Shown here: positions 49,690 through 63,490 of the stretch, piece after piece
How positions within the stretch are numbered: the first letter of the stretch is position 1
Layout of the letters: every line of letters begins with the position of its first letter
Assembly: GCF_006345805.1 (NCBI RefSeq)
Contig: NC_043000.1
Location: 103,602,001 to 103,666,000, forward strand
DNA length: 64,000 bases
DNA from: Octopus sinensis
Taxonomy: Eukaryota
Direction: 5' to 3'
Notes under the pieces: generated by a model
The model's database searches: none
Seen by the model: the letters and a program-made list of their open reading frames with translations, nothing else
Told to the model about the DNA's origin: nothing
Program-made: the position numbers and the translations under genes

Positions 49690-52600
49690 TCTCACTTACG
49701 CTGAGAAACACTGCGAAGCTGGCAGCTCACAACGACTCTTATCCCGCTCTAACATCAACTGTTATCTCCAGAGTTAATAAACCTCGCGTGAACGGAGCTA
49801 TAACGAACCACGCGCGGCCATAAAGACGATCACTGGGAGCGAGTCACATGAACGAGAACTAAAAATAAACGACTATTGAATTGCACGGCGCTTGTAAACT
49901 TTTTCGTGTTCCATATCCTTAAGACTACGGAAATAATTATAATGGGAGGAGATATTCCACAGTTATCACAAGCCTTCAATTCCATTAAAAAATGGTGACC
50001 CCGACGGAAAAAGGATTTCGGCAGCGGCAAGCTTTCTCATTGTAAATGCCTCACCTTAACTATAGAATGGCAGTCTAGCCCAACGTCAGACTATCTTCTC
50101 TCGTTCAAGCGAACCTTTAGAATTCGTGTTTCTCGCCTTGAACTTGTACCTCGCAGAGTATGCTTTCATCCCACAAGCAACTAGACGGTATTCTTTCAAG
50201 TAATTTCCTTTTGAAGTAATTTCTCCCACAAAGTCGACCGTCAACGTTTGATGCCAGTACATACACAAATGCAGCTTCGGGAGGACACTTCAAGCAAGCC
50301 GACCATCAACTTCCAGCCATCGTTCCTGTCTACCGCAATGTTCGGATTGCCTCACGTGTTGAAATAAAAAAAAAAAAATTACCAGTTCGCCGGCCATTTT
50401 CTGACGACTTCTTAAAAAAGATACACAAAGATTTTTTTCCAGCGGACTGCAACACAGGTTTGGTGACTAAAAAAAGAATTTTTTATTTTCATTGTTGCAC
50501 ACAGTACACAAAAAAAAATCAAAAATTTTGGTAAGAATATTTTTTTTCGCACACACGTTACTATTCCAGCAACACTTTTGTCGGTTCTTTGGACCTTTTT
50601 TCTTTTCTCTATACAAAATGAGTCTTCCCAACTTAACCACGTACTCTGGTGATGTCACACTTTGGTTCACTCAACTGGATGCGTATTTTTTCCACCCATG
50701 CGGTACCTCACCAACAGCAGCTTAAATCTTTTGTACTGTAGGATGCCTGCACCCCTTGCACGCTTAGTGAAAGATCTCATTACTGACCCACATCCGGACG
50801 CGAATTACGTGTCCGTCAAATCCGAGGTTCTCCGTCGGAACACACCATCCGCGAAAAGGAAATTCCAGACACTGATGCAGGATGAACATCTGGGATCTCG
50901 GACGCCATCTGAGTTTCTTCGTCGTTTGTGTGAACTCAGCGACACTCCACTTGAGAACAATCCTCTGCTTAGGAAATTGTTTTTCTCTCAACTACTGCCG
51001 AATGTCCAATCCATACTGGCCACAACGGTCGACTCCAATTCGCTCGATCAGATAGCCACCATCGCGGACAAGATCATAGAGTTCACTGTGCAGCATACCT
51101 GTTCGGGCCCCGTAGTAGCTTCCTCTACTATCACAAAGTCTTCTCCCACGTTACATGACGACATTTTGGAGAGAATCGATGCATTAGCACGTCGCATGGA
51201 CACATTGTCGCGAGAACATGCCAGCTCTCGTCGTCCTCGCAGCAGAAGCCGTTCTAAGTCCCGGTCGTCAAGTTCTACTCCAACGGTTTCCAGTCTCGGC
51301 TGGTACCATGCCACATTCAAGGATAAAGCCCATCGTTCAAACTGTCGTGAAACTAGTTACGGAAGATTTGGGCACTTCAAAATCCTCCGCAATTTTTCAT
51401 CTCATCGTGCATTCTTCGTTAAGGATCGTGTGTTTAACGAATCGTTAATGGTTGACACCGGATCCAGCTGTTCTATTTGGCCTTTGCGTCTTACTTCAGA
51501 CAAGCAGAAGTAATCTGCCATTACATGCACGCGGTGAATCTATCCCCGATAAAAACTTACGGTCAGGTCTCATTACACCTAGATCTCAACCTTTGCAGGG
51601 ATTTTAGGTGAGATTTTGCTATAACAAATCTACCGTACCCCATTCTGGGCGCGGACTCCTTAAACTACTTTCACTTAGTAGATGTCAGGCGACAGAGACT
51701 CGTAGACGATTCTACGTCTTTGTTTACGCCTACTCGGGTTACTACTAATACTGTTCTCAGCCCGTCATTTTTTGTCGCCACTGCTGGTGACCAGTTCCAT
51801 TACCTCTTGGCTTCTTTCCCAGAGCTGGTTGATCTGACTTTCAAATCAAATTCTCCTATCACTCTATCTGCCGAGGCATTATCTTTTTTTGAGTCAATCA
51901 AGAAGGAAATAGCTTCTGTTCCTTTGCTTGCACGTCCGGTTCCTGATGCTTGTCTCTCTTTAACAGTTGATGCATCGGATTCTGCGGTTGGTACTGTTTT
52001 GCAACATACCGTCGACAATCAAAGTCGACCTTTGGCAATTCTTTTTTCTTGTCAATTAAAGTCAGCTGAACGTCGTTACAGTACGTTTGATCGTGAACTC
52101 TTAGTGATCTATCTGTCGGTTCGTCATTTTGTATTTTATACTGACCACAAGCCTCTGACGTTTGCTCTGTCATCTAAATCGGACAAACACTCGCCTCGTG
52201 CTTTTCGCCACCTGGACTACATTTCCCAGTTCACGAGTGACATTCGGCATATACCTGGAACAGAGAACATACCTGCTGACGCACTCTTTCGTCTCCTGTG
52301 TGTTCTCTTTCATCTCTTGCTGCAATCGATTTAACTGGCATTGCGCAGGATCAGCCAGCTCTGTACACATTGGATCTAACTTCCACCAAGTTGTCCTGTT
52401 GCAAGTTTGCCTATCTTCCACTTCCGGTCTGCTGAAGGCACAATCCTTTGTGACACAGCTACTGGGTCTCCCAGACCGTTTGTACCTGCGAACCACCAGC
52501 GTTCTAAAATCCACAGGCACATTCGCGCTCCTCTTGGACAGTTTTCTCCGCCGGAGACTTGCTTTCGCCATGTCCACATTGATCTGGTTGGACCATAGCC

Positions 52601-52860
52601 TGTCAGTTGTAGTTTCTCATATATTGACATACGTCAATCGTTTCTCTCGTTGGTCTGAAGCCATTCCAATAGTGCCGCTCTACGTGTCACTCCTGATCCG
52701 CAGTCTTGGACAGAATTCTTGCCTATCGTTCTTCTTGGTTGTCGCACTGCTGTAAGACAGACTTAGGTTTCTCCTCTGCTGAGGTTTCTCCTTTACGGTA
52801 CCATCCTGGCACTCCCTGGTACAATGCTGGCGCCAGACAATTCCATTATAGTTTCATTCG
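49690..52860 (+). mobile_element. Ty3/Gypsy relic with the RT domain deleted
   Basis: PBS tggtgaccccgacg at 49993-50006; gag (LWFTQLDAYF, LGSRTPSEFLRRL); protease MVDTGSSCS; jump at ~51860 straight to the connection/RNase H region (LTVDASDSAVG, YTDHKPL); partial integrase (HVHIDLVGP). Confidence 0.9.
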
Positions 52861-53414
52861 CAAAATGAGCCCCCTTTAATTTTGCTCAGATTGCTTTCAA
52901 TTTTCGTGTATCGATGCAACTCTGAATTTTGAGTACGATCAACTAATTACTTTATCTCATAAATTAAAGAATCTGATATTATTTGGAATTAAAGTTGGGA
53001 AATTTGGGTAATTTTAGCCAATCAACAGACAGCGTGGCATTAGCAGCTTGTTACCATGACAACTGCATGCTGTGTTGTGTTTCACTTCACTTGTATCTGT
53101 GCTGCACGTTGTTCTGTGTTGATTCTTCATACCACGGGATTCTTTTCGCCTGCGTGTTTTGTGACTTGAATGTGAAATCACTGCAAATATCTATTTCTTT
53201 ACTGCCCACAAGGGGCTACACACAGAGGGGACACACAAGGACAGACAAACGGATTAAGTCGATTATATCGAACCCAGTGCGTAACTGGTACTTATTTAAT
53301 CGACCTCGAAATGATGGAAAGGCAAAGTTGACCTTGGCGGAATTTGAACTCAGAACGTAGCGACAGACGAAATACCTATTGATAGATGGAAACTTGAAGA
53401 AACCCGTCGTGTGT

Positions 53415-53470
<56 letters not shown>

Positions 53471-54337
53471 CTTTGTGTCTGTGTGTATTTTTGTCTGTTT
53501 GCCACCCCCCTCCTCGTTATCAACCGATGCTGGTGTGGTTGCATACCCGTAACATAGCTGTTCGACAAAAGAGAACCGATAGAATGAGAACTAGACTTTA
53601 GAAATTAGTCCTGGGGGGTCGATTTGTTCGATTAAAAACCTTTCAAGGCGGTGCTCCAGTATAACTGCAGTCAAATTACTTAAACAAGTAAAAGGAAAAG
53701 AAAAAAGATATACAAAAGATATGATTAGTAATCCGGAAAAATATAGCAATGACTCATCTCAACTACAAATATATAAACGTCATACATCTCCATGACCTGC
53801 ATTGCGTTAGTAATGAGGGTGGGAATATGCGAGCGATATATCACTTTCCCTCTCCTTGTTACCCCCCCCCCCCACACACACACACTCGCACACAGAGATT
53901 TATTTCTCTCTTTCTCTGTCTCTACCGTTCTAAAGAAATAAGTAGCCCGCACAATAAGACAACAAAAGAAACAAATTATATGAAAAATACTCTCTAGTAA
54001 ATAACGCAACAAGGTTGTCTAGTTTGAGTTTCTATTATTTTTTTTTTTTTGTATTAAAGAACACACACATACACACAAACACAAACACACAAACACAAAC
54101 ACACAAACACAAACACACACACATATATAATATAAATGATATATATATATATGCATATATACATATATACCTATATATATATATGTATGTATGTATGTAT
54201 ATATGTATGTATGTGTATCTCTCTCTCTCTATGTATATATATATAGGGAGAGTTTACGAAAAAAAAACAAAAGACGAAGACAGGTGGTGTACAAAACAAA
54301 CAGATGTATTAGTATAACGCTCAGGAATAGAAAAAGT

Positions 54338-54373
54338 CTTTTACGTTTCGAGCCTACGCTCTTCTACAGAAAG
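54338..54373 (-). ncRNA. Minimal hammerhead-like motif (core variant CUGUAGA)
   Basis: cttt-CTGTAGA-A-gagc-gtag-gctc-GAAA-C-GTA-aaag; same repeat family as 6448-6482. Confidence 0.5.
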
Positions 54374-54676
54374 GGACACAGAAAAAAACAAGGACAGAAA
54401 CAAGGAGAATAAAAGGAGAGAAAAAATGTGTGTAGTGGCTAACGATCTATCATGACGACTGACTCGGACATATATACATATATATACATATATATACATA
54501 TATATATACATATATATATATATTTATATATATATATATATATATATATACATACACACACATGCACACACACGCGCACGCACACACACGCACACACACA
54601 CACATATTGAACTATCTGGTCGTTTTAACCGGATGATGTTCGACTAAGTCGCATAAAATAAGTCTCAGACAAACTA

Positions 54677-54719
<43 letters not shown>

Positions 54720-54720
<1 letters not shown>

Positions 54721-55198
54721 CCTTTCTACTCTAGGCACAAGGCCTGGGTTTACTGGGGAAGAGTGACAGCTGTTCACATCGACCTCAACTGGGACTTAAT
54801 TTATCGACCCCGAAAGGATGAAAGGCAAACATTTTGCACGGCGTGCAGGTACTGGCTCTCACAGCTTCTGATTTCAACTGATTGGAAGAGAAATCATGTA
54901 GATGTTTTGTCTTGGTATAAAAGATGGGCTACAACAAAAAGTCTGCTCAATAATACAGATTAGCTTGTCAATTGTTTCGCCTTAACTAGTTGAGGATGTT
55001 CCTTAGTGGCTGATAACATGTGCATTTCCGATCATGAGCAGGGCATTATAAGGCATGTGTTGAGGGGAATTCTTTGGGGTTTGAATAATTCAACCCCTGG
55101 AAACAAAGGCAAAATTGACCTATGCGGAATTTGAACTTAGAACATAAAGACAAACGAAATACCGCTAAGCATTTTGCCAGCACTACACCTTGATAATA

Positions 55199-55239
<41 letters not shown>

Positions 55240-55322
55240 TATAATAATAATAATAATAATAATAACAACAACAACAACAATGACGACGACGACGACGATG
55301 ATGATGATGATGACGATGTTGT

Positions 55323-55370
<48 letters not shown>

Positions 55371-56370
55371 GGATGATGATGGCGGCGGCGGCGGTGGTGG
55401 TGGTCGTCGTCGTCGTCGTCGTGATAATAAAAGATGGGGTACAGCAAATATTCTGCTCAATACCACAGATTTGCTTGTCCTTAACCAGTTGAGCATGTTC
55501 CTTTGTGACTGGCGATATATGCATCTCTGATCACGAGCAGAAGTAGTGGGAGAGCATTATAGTCATGTGTTGAGAGGAATTCTTAGGGGTTTGAATAATT
55601 CACCTCTGGAAACTTAGGTGTTTCGTTCATCGTCTTTAAACAACCCTTATTCAGGGATCTTTTGAATAGGATGAGCTACTCGACATGAAGAAAATTCTAA
55701 CTGGGCCCCACCTGCAAGGTCATGCATTGTTCATCTTGATATGAGATCACCATGTCGCGCAAACATGGTTGTGATGCATGTGCCTGGTGTATACTTATCA
55801 GACGGGTAGTCATGATGGGTATATTGGGCTTCGATTTTTTTACCCCAGTGTCACTTTGATGGCAGGCACTGCTCTCTCACTCACCGAGGTCGACTTTGCC
55901 TTTCCTCCTTTCCGAGGAATTAAGTACCAGTTACGCACTGAGGTCGATATAATCGACTTAATCCGTTTGTCTGTCCTTATTTGTCCTCTCTGTGTTTAGC
56001 CCCTTGTGGGTAGTAAAGAAATAGGTATTTCGTCTGCCGCTGCGTTCTGAGTTCAAATTCCGCCGAGGTCGACTTTGCCTTTCATCCTATCCGAGTCGAT
56101 TAAATAAGTACCAGTTACGCACTGGTGTCGATATAATCGACTTAATCCGTTTGTCTGTCCTTGTTTGTCCTCTCTGTGTTTAGCCCCTTGTGGGTAGTAA
56201 ACAAATAGGTATTTCGTCTATCTTTATGTTCTGTGTTCAAATTCCGCCGAGGCCGGCTTTGCCTTTCATCTTTTCGAGGTCGATAAATTAAGTACCAGTT
56301 GCGTACTGGAGTCGATCTAATCGACTGGCCCACCTCCCCAAAAATTTCGAGCCTTGTGTCTAGATAATAA

Positions 56371-56418
<48 letters not shown>

Positions 56419-56890
56419 CCTTTCTACTCTAGGCACAAGGCCTGGGTTTACTGGGGAAGAGTGACAGCTGTTCACATCGACCTCAACTGGGACTTAATTT
56501 ATCGACCCCGAAAGGATGAAAGGCAAACATTTTGCACGGCGTGCAGGTACTGGCTCTCACAGCTTCTGATTTCAACTGATTGGAAGAGAAATCATGTAGA
56601 TGTTTTGTCTTGGTATAAAAGATGGGCTACAACAAAAAGTCTGCTCAATAATACAGATTAGCTTGTCAATTGTTTCGCCTTAACTAGTTGAGGATGTTCC
56701 TTAGTGGCTGATAACATGTGCATTTCCGATCATGAGCAGGGCATTATAAGGCATGTGTTGAGGGGAATTCTTTGGGGTTTGAATAATTCAACCCCTGGAA
56801 ACAAAGGCAAAATTGACCTATGCGGAATTTGAACTTAGAACATAAAGACAAACGAAATACCGCTAAGCATTTTGCCAGCACTACACCTTG

Positions 56891-56945
<55 letters not shown>

Positions 56946-57978
56946 CATCAATGACGACGACGACGACGACGACGACGACGATGATGATGATGATGATGAT
57001 GATGATGGCGGCGGCGGCGGTGGTCGTGGTCGTGGTGATAATAAAAGATGGGGTACAGCAAATATTCTGCTCAATACCACAGATTTGCTTGTCCTTAACC
57101 AGTTGAGCATGTTCCTTTGTGACTGGCGATATATGCATCTCTGATCACGAGCAGAAGTAGTGGGAGAGCATTATAGTCATGTGTTGAGAGGAATTCTTTG
57201 GGGTTTGAATAATTCACCTCTGGAAACTTAGGTGTTTCGTTCATCGTCCTTAAACAACCCTTATTCAGGGATCTTTTGAATAGGATGAGCTACTCGACAT
57301 GAAGACAATTCTAACTGCGCCCCACCTGCAAGGTCATGCACTGTTTATCTTGATATGAGATCACCATGTCGCGCAAACATGGTTGTGATGCATGTGTCTG
57401 GTGTACACTTATCAGACGGGTAGTCATAATGGGTATATTGGGCTTCGATTATTTTACCCCAGTGTCACTTTGATGGCAGGCACTGCTCTCTCACTCACGG
57501 AGGTCGACTTTGCCTTTCCTCCTTTCGGAGGAATTAAGTACCAGTTACGCACTGAGGTCGATGTAATCGACTTAATCCGTTTGTCTGTCTTTGTTTGTCC
57601 TCTCTGTGTTTAGCCCCTTGTGGGTAGTAAAGAAATAGGTATTTCGTCTGCCGCTACGTTCTGAGTTCAAATTCCGCCGAGGTCGACTTTGCCTTTCAAC
57701 CTATCCGAGTCGATTAAATAAGTACCAGTTACGCACTGGTGTCGATATAATCGACTTAATCCGTTTGTCTGTCCTTGTTTGTCCTCTCTGTGTTTAGCCC
57801 CTTGTGGGTAGTAAACAAATAGGTATTTCGTCTATCTTTATGTTCTGTGTTCAAATTCCGCCGAGGCCGGCTTTGCCTTTCATCTTTTCGAGGTCGATAA
57901 ATTAAGTACCAGTTGCGTACTGGAGTCGATCTAATCGACTGGCCCACCTCCCCAAAAATTTCGAGCCTTGTGTCTAGA
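54720..57978 (+). repeat. Tandem duplication of a ~1.6-kb SINE/repeat cassette (54720-56366 and 56419-57978)
   Basis: Colinear near-identical units bounded by (TAA)n; they differ mainly in microsatellite length. Confidence 0.95.
55190..55425. repeat. Compound trinucleotide microsatellite (TAA)(CAA)(GAC)(GAT)(GGC)(GTC)
   Basis: Seen directly; a shorter version is in the duplicate unit at ~56890-57040. Confidence 0.95.
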
Positions 57979-57984
57979 TAATAA

Positions 57985-58023
<39 letters not shown>

Positions 58024-61000
58024 CAATTCTTTTTTATTGGCCACAAGGGCTGACACGCATGATTACATAAAGGGACAAGACAGGACGAAAGGTTACAAAG
58101 GGTTTTGCCGTTTTTTTAAAAACATCGAGTAAAAATCTTTATAACGACTTATAAAATTCAACAATGAAAAACTCCCAAAAGGGGGAGACGTCTCGAAAGG
58201 TTCCTGGTGGAAAAAACCCTACAAAAGCCAACGGGAGCCTGGTCAAAAAAAAGGGGGTGTAGAGAGTCCCCTTTCTTCTCCTTTTACATTACCTTTTTCT
58301 TTGAAATCACAGGCGAAACCTGAGAACTGGTCCATTTATACAGGCCAGTCTCGCACAATTCACCCACCTTTCATAAAACTTGCTATCGGACAGCACTTTC
58401 CTCTCTAACCTCATCTTCCTTTTCAAGTGAAACTTGAAAAAGTTGATGAGGCCTTGACCAAAGAGGAAAGTGTCTGTCTTTAGCTCTTTCAAACGAGTCC
58501 ACCACACGACCTCTTTCGCCACAGCCACTAGGCACAAGAAAACGGCCTCGCCCTCCTTGTTAAAGGAGGTCGGCGGGGCAATCTTCACTATGGATTCGGC
58601 CGATAGTCGGATCCGTCCTACACGTGACAGTAGCTGTTCGACATAAACCCATATTTCAGCAATACTCGGGCACTGGACGAGTGCGTGCAGAACGGTTTCG
58701 TCGTCCTGGCAACACCTCGGGCAGGCCCGGCTGACGGCACTTCCGTGCCGGTAGAGTTTATCTCGAACAGGCAGAGCCCCTCGGTAGCACTGCCAGGCGA
58801 GAGACCTCTGGAAATTATCCATCGGCCCCGGCCCGAAAGTCCTCCCGAACAGACCGCTCAGTTCGTCGTCTTCAACGCCTAGAGTTCCCCGAGAACGTCG
58901 TCGCATTTTTCCTCCACTAACCCTCTATAGAACGCTAGAGTGGAGCTGTAACCGACCGCATTGCCGCCTGGTGGAGGGCGGAGAGGGCTTGACGGCACTC
59001 GAGGTGCCAAGCGCCCTTTCTCGGTCTACGTTTGATCCAGGTCTGCAGCTCCGTCAAAGAGACGAGCTGCGGAAAATCGCGTCTGACAAAAGACGACCAC
59101 ACCTGTTCACCGTCTAGGAAGCGCTTGAGATGCCGCAGCCTGAGCGCATGTCTGCACAACAGCAACCACGGCATTCCAAGGCCTCCGTTCAGCGGTCGTT
59201 GACAGCAGATGGATCGCCTGACCAGTGGCACCTGACCTTCCACAAAAAGTCGAAGAGCAGGCGTACCAGCTTGGCCAACCAGCGGTCGGGACAAGGGACG
59301 ACGGTCAAGCGGTAATAGATGACGGATGCGATGTACGCATTCGCCACCTCCGCTCGACCTTTCAGGGACAGCTTCCTCTCGGCCCATTTCTGGGTGAGAC
59401 GTGCCACCCTGCTCGTCACCTCTTCCCAGTTCTTATCCACCTGGAGGTCCGGACCGAACCAGACCCCGAGCAGTTTAACGGGTCCGTCTGTCCAGCGCCC
59501 TACGACGCTGTTGGACGGCATGGGCTTGCCTCTCCAGGTGCCCAGTTGCAAGCCCACAGACTTTTCCGCGTTAATCTTTGCCCCTGTCACCGCTTCGTAC
59601 TGGTTTAGCGTCTCGCCAATCAGGCCAATGTGCCTGTGGCTCGACACCACCACGGTGACGTCGTCGGCATAAGCAGACACGCTGTTTCCGCCTCCTAGAT
59701 CGCGCGGGATGCCCCTCAAAGCCTCCAACTTGCGCAGTAATGGCTCGAGAGTCAAAATGTACAAGAGGGAGGAGAGAGGGCATCCTTGGCGGACCGAACG
59801 CGAGATGTCGAACGGTTCCGAAAGGTGACCGTTCACCCGTATCACCGAGCAGATGTTGCTGTATAAAGCAGCGATCCACCCGCGGAAGACTGGACCGAAG
59901 CCGGCTGCCTTGAGGACAGCTGCCAGGTACCGATGGTCGACCCTATCGAAGGCTTTACTCTGATCCAAGTTGATCAAAGCCCCACCCGCGCCAGCGTCGT
60001 TACCCACCCTCTCTATGATGTAGCGCATGAGATGGAGGTTGTCGTGTATCGACCTGGTCGGCACGGCGCATGTCTGCGTCCCGCCGACCAGCTTGTCCAC
60101 GACAAGCGCCAATCTCTTGGCTAGCACCTTGGCCAAAATCTTCAACTCTGCATTGAGCAGAGTGATGGGCCGGAAATTCCCTATAACGTCCCCTTGTTTG
60201 GGTCCTTCTTTAGCAAAGCCACCACCCCTCGACAGACAAAAGCAGGAATTCTCCCGTTTTGCTGCCAGTTGCAGTAGACGTTTGCCAACAGGTCCGCAAA
60301 CAAGTCTGGCATTGAAAAGTAAAGCTCGTAGGGCAGACCATCCAAACCCGGCGATCTACCTCTCGTGCAACTCTTCATCGCTTCCTGTACTTCCCAGGCA
60401 GATATTGGTCCTTCGCAGCACTCTGCCTCGCTGTCCGAGAGTTGCGGCAGTCCGTCCAGGTACACACCGAAGTCTGTACCGTTGGTGTCCGTTCCACCAC
60501 TCGTCCCAAACAGTTGAGCAAAGTGCCGCTGAAGCACCGTACACATCTGCTTCGGTTGGGTAACCTCGCGCCCGTTCTGGTCCACCAAAGACCGAATGGT
60601 TGCTCTGTTGCCTCGCTTCGCCTCCGCCACGCGGGCCCATCGAGCGGCTCTAGTCCCCTCCCCGCTTAGCGAACGTGCCTTAGCTCTGACAACGCAGCCT
60701 TCGTGTTTGGCGTCGAAGTGTTGGTCGAGGGCCAACCTTGCCGCCAACACGTCGGTCGCGATGCCAGTGTCAAGAGCCTCGTCTAGTTTCTTAACTAAAT
60801 CCCGCTCTCTCTTCCTACGATCAATAGCTAGAGTCTTACTATACCTAATCGACTCTACTCTAATTGCTCTCTTGAGGGCAAACCACCAGTTGTTGTTGAT
60901 GATTGCCCCCGTGAGCGCCCGCTTAACTAGTAAACTAATCCGGTCTCTGTAAGCTTTGCACGCCGTTAACGACGCGTTCAGCTTCCAGTAGCCGGGTCCC

Positions 61001-61285
61001 TGTCTATGTAGCCTATCTAAGTCGACCGTACAGATCACTAATTTGTGGTCCGTATATTCGACTAGGTGGAATTGTGGACACCCTACGCTGTCCTTATCCG
61101 CTGGCCTACAAAACACTCTATCTAAGTACGATCTAGACGACCCGATGCGGTTTGTCCAAGTCCACATTGGCACATTCGGGTTGTCTAGTCGAAACCTGTC
61201 GGACAGCTGAAAGCGGCCGAGTAGGTTGGCGAGGCTCTTGCACCCTCCCCCTCTCCTATCAGACGCTCCCCTGCCCACCCGATCG
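58024..61285 (-). mobile_element. Relatively young 5'-truncated L1/Tx1-clade LINE (ORF2: APE endonuclease, RT, CCHC finger)
   Basis: YLDRVF, YTDHK, GYWKLN, LDQSKAFDRVDH, VRQGCPLS, YADD, CPRCCQDDETVLHALVQC; about three frameshifts; 3' end gcccttgtggccaataaaaaag abutting (TAA)n. Confidence 0.95.
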
Positions 61286-61499
61286 TAATAATCCTTTCTA
61301 CTATAGTCACACGGCCTGAAATTTGGGGGAGGGGACTAGTTGATTGCATCGATCCCAGTACTCAACTGGTACTCATTTTATCGACTCCGAAAGGATGAAA
61401 GGCAATGTTGACATCGGCAAAATTTGAACAATACTAATGATAATGATGATGATGACGATGATAAATGACTGGTCTATATAACTGACCCTATCATTTGCA

Positions 61500-61990
61500 G
61501 CCGATCTGGCCTGACCGCAGTTCAATGACATTGAAAGAAAAAATGACTATAAATCTTTCATTTTAATGCTTTGAAACCAGATGTAAAGGTTTACCTGAAT
61601 GCTAATAAATATGTTCAATACTCTCAGATCATGAGTGTTGCCAAGGAATATTATCCTTTTCAATTTTTGTCTAGATTCTCTAATTTGAGATCTGCCAGCT
61701 CAAAAAGATCTGCTTCTTGATTTTTATCGTCCGTTAATTTCAATGGATATTTTTTGTAATTTTAGAAAGCTTTTAAGTTCATTGAGTCGAATTTCAGTCG
61801 CTCTGTTATCAGCCCCTATTGCGCATATTTGTGCTGCAATGCAGTATGGAATGTTCTCTTTAATATATAACTGATGTCATAAATAAAAGTTCAGATACTG
61901 ACGTGTATCTGCCAGCTAGCAGGAACATTTTCCCCCGTTACATATTTAAATATTGTAAATCTCAAACTTTCGTTTTAACTTTTTACCTCA
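61500..61990 (-). mobile_element. Penelope-like RT C-terminal fragment
   Basis: NIPYCIAAQI...IRLNELKSFL, typical of the PLE region after the RT core. Confidence 0.6.
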
Positions 61991-62597
61991 ATTCTTACCA
62001 ATTTTATTGTCGTCACTTCCGGATTCTGACTTCCGTTTCTGTAGTGCATTACTTTCATTGTCTGAAACAGTACACAGCTGTATTATTATAATACATCATG
62101 TTATATATTATTACACGCGCGCGCACGCACACATCATATATATATACACATACATACATACACACATACACCGTCCCCACACACACATACATGTGTATGT
62201 CTATCAAATTCATTCAGATTTTAAACTTGAAGTTTGCTTTATTGATCTCGACCACAGATACCGGCTATCAGATGACAAATATAAACGGAACTCAATAGTT
62301 TTAGTGGTGATAAATCTGAAAAATTTATAAATGTGTGTGTGTGCTATATGTGCATGTATGAGCGCGTGAGCGCGTGTGTACGTCATGTATGCATAAATGT
62401 ATGTATATAAATATGTATGCATGAAAGTACGTACATAAGGATGTCTATGTATGTATTTACATATGTTTAAATATGTGCGTGTGTACATACGCGTATATGC
62501 ATATATATATATATATATATATCCATAACAAAATTATATTTGTTATAATATATTATATTATATTATATTATATTATATTATATTATATTGTATCATA

Positions 62598-63490
62598 CGA
62601 GGAGTTACCCAAAAGTAATCGGAAACGTTCTCTGTGAGACAAGCCCGTGGTACTTCAGGCTTCCGTCGCTAGAAGCCACTTGCTGCGACCCTCTGGTATC
62701 AGTCTGCCGCCCGGTGTGGTCGGATGAAGTCGTACTGTCACGTGGTGCGTCTTTGTTTTGCAGTGCTTCTGCCCTGTTTGTCGATTTTTGCGATAGCTAA
62801 AACGAAGGAACAGCGTGCTTCCGTGAAATTCTGTTTCCTGCTGGGGAAAACGGTGGCTGAAACAGTTGTCATGCTTCAAACAGCTTACAAGGACGCTGCC
62901 AAGAGCAAAACACAAGTTTATGAGTGGTTTTCACGCTTCAGGAACGGTCACTTGTCGCTTGAAGACCAACTTCGTTCAGGGTGACCGTCGACTTCCCGAA
63001 CGAATGAAAACATCAGAAAAATTCATGAAGGACCGTCACCGAACAATTGACGGACTCATTGATATGACTGGTATATCCTGGAGATCCTACCAACGAATTT
63101 CGAGCGAGGAATTGCGGATGAAAAGAGTTGCAACAAAATTTGTGCCTCGTTTCCTCACAGAAGATCAAAAGCAGTCACGACTGATTGCGTATCGTGAACT
63201 GAAAGAACAGTTGGAAGTTGATCCAATCCTTTTTTCGAAGGTCATCACTGGTGACGAAAGCTGGTGCTATGGAATTTGCAGATGTGGAAAAGGTGAAGAA
63301 AAAACGACGGAGGCATTAAAAGGCATCACTTCCCAAGAGTTCCAGCACTGCCTCGAATAGTGGAGAACGCACTTGGACATGCATTGCTTCGAATGGAAAA
63401 TACTTTGAAGGTGATAAAAGTGTAAATATGTAATATTAAGTGAATAAAGTAATATTGCAAAATTCCAGTTTCTTTTGGTTACTCGCCTCG
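62598..63490 (+). mobile_element. Internally deleted mariner transposon
   Basis: TA on both sides; imperfect TIRs cgaggagttacccaaaag / cttttggttactcgcctcg; EQRASVKFCF, VYEWFSRF, KFVPRFLT, ITGDESW; the DD34D region is deleted. Confidence 0.93.
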
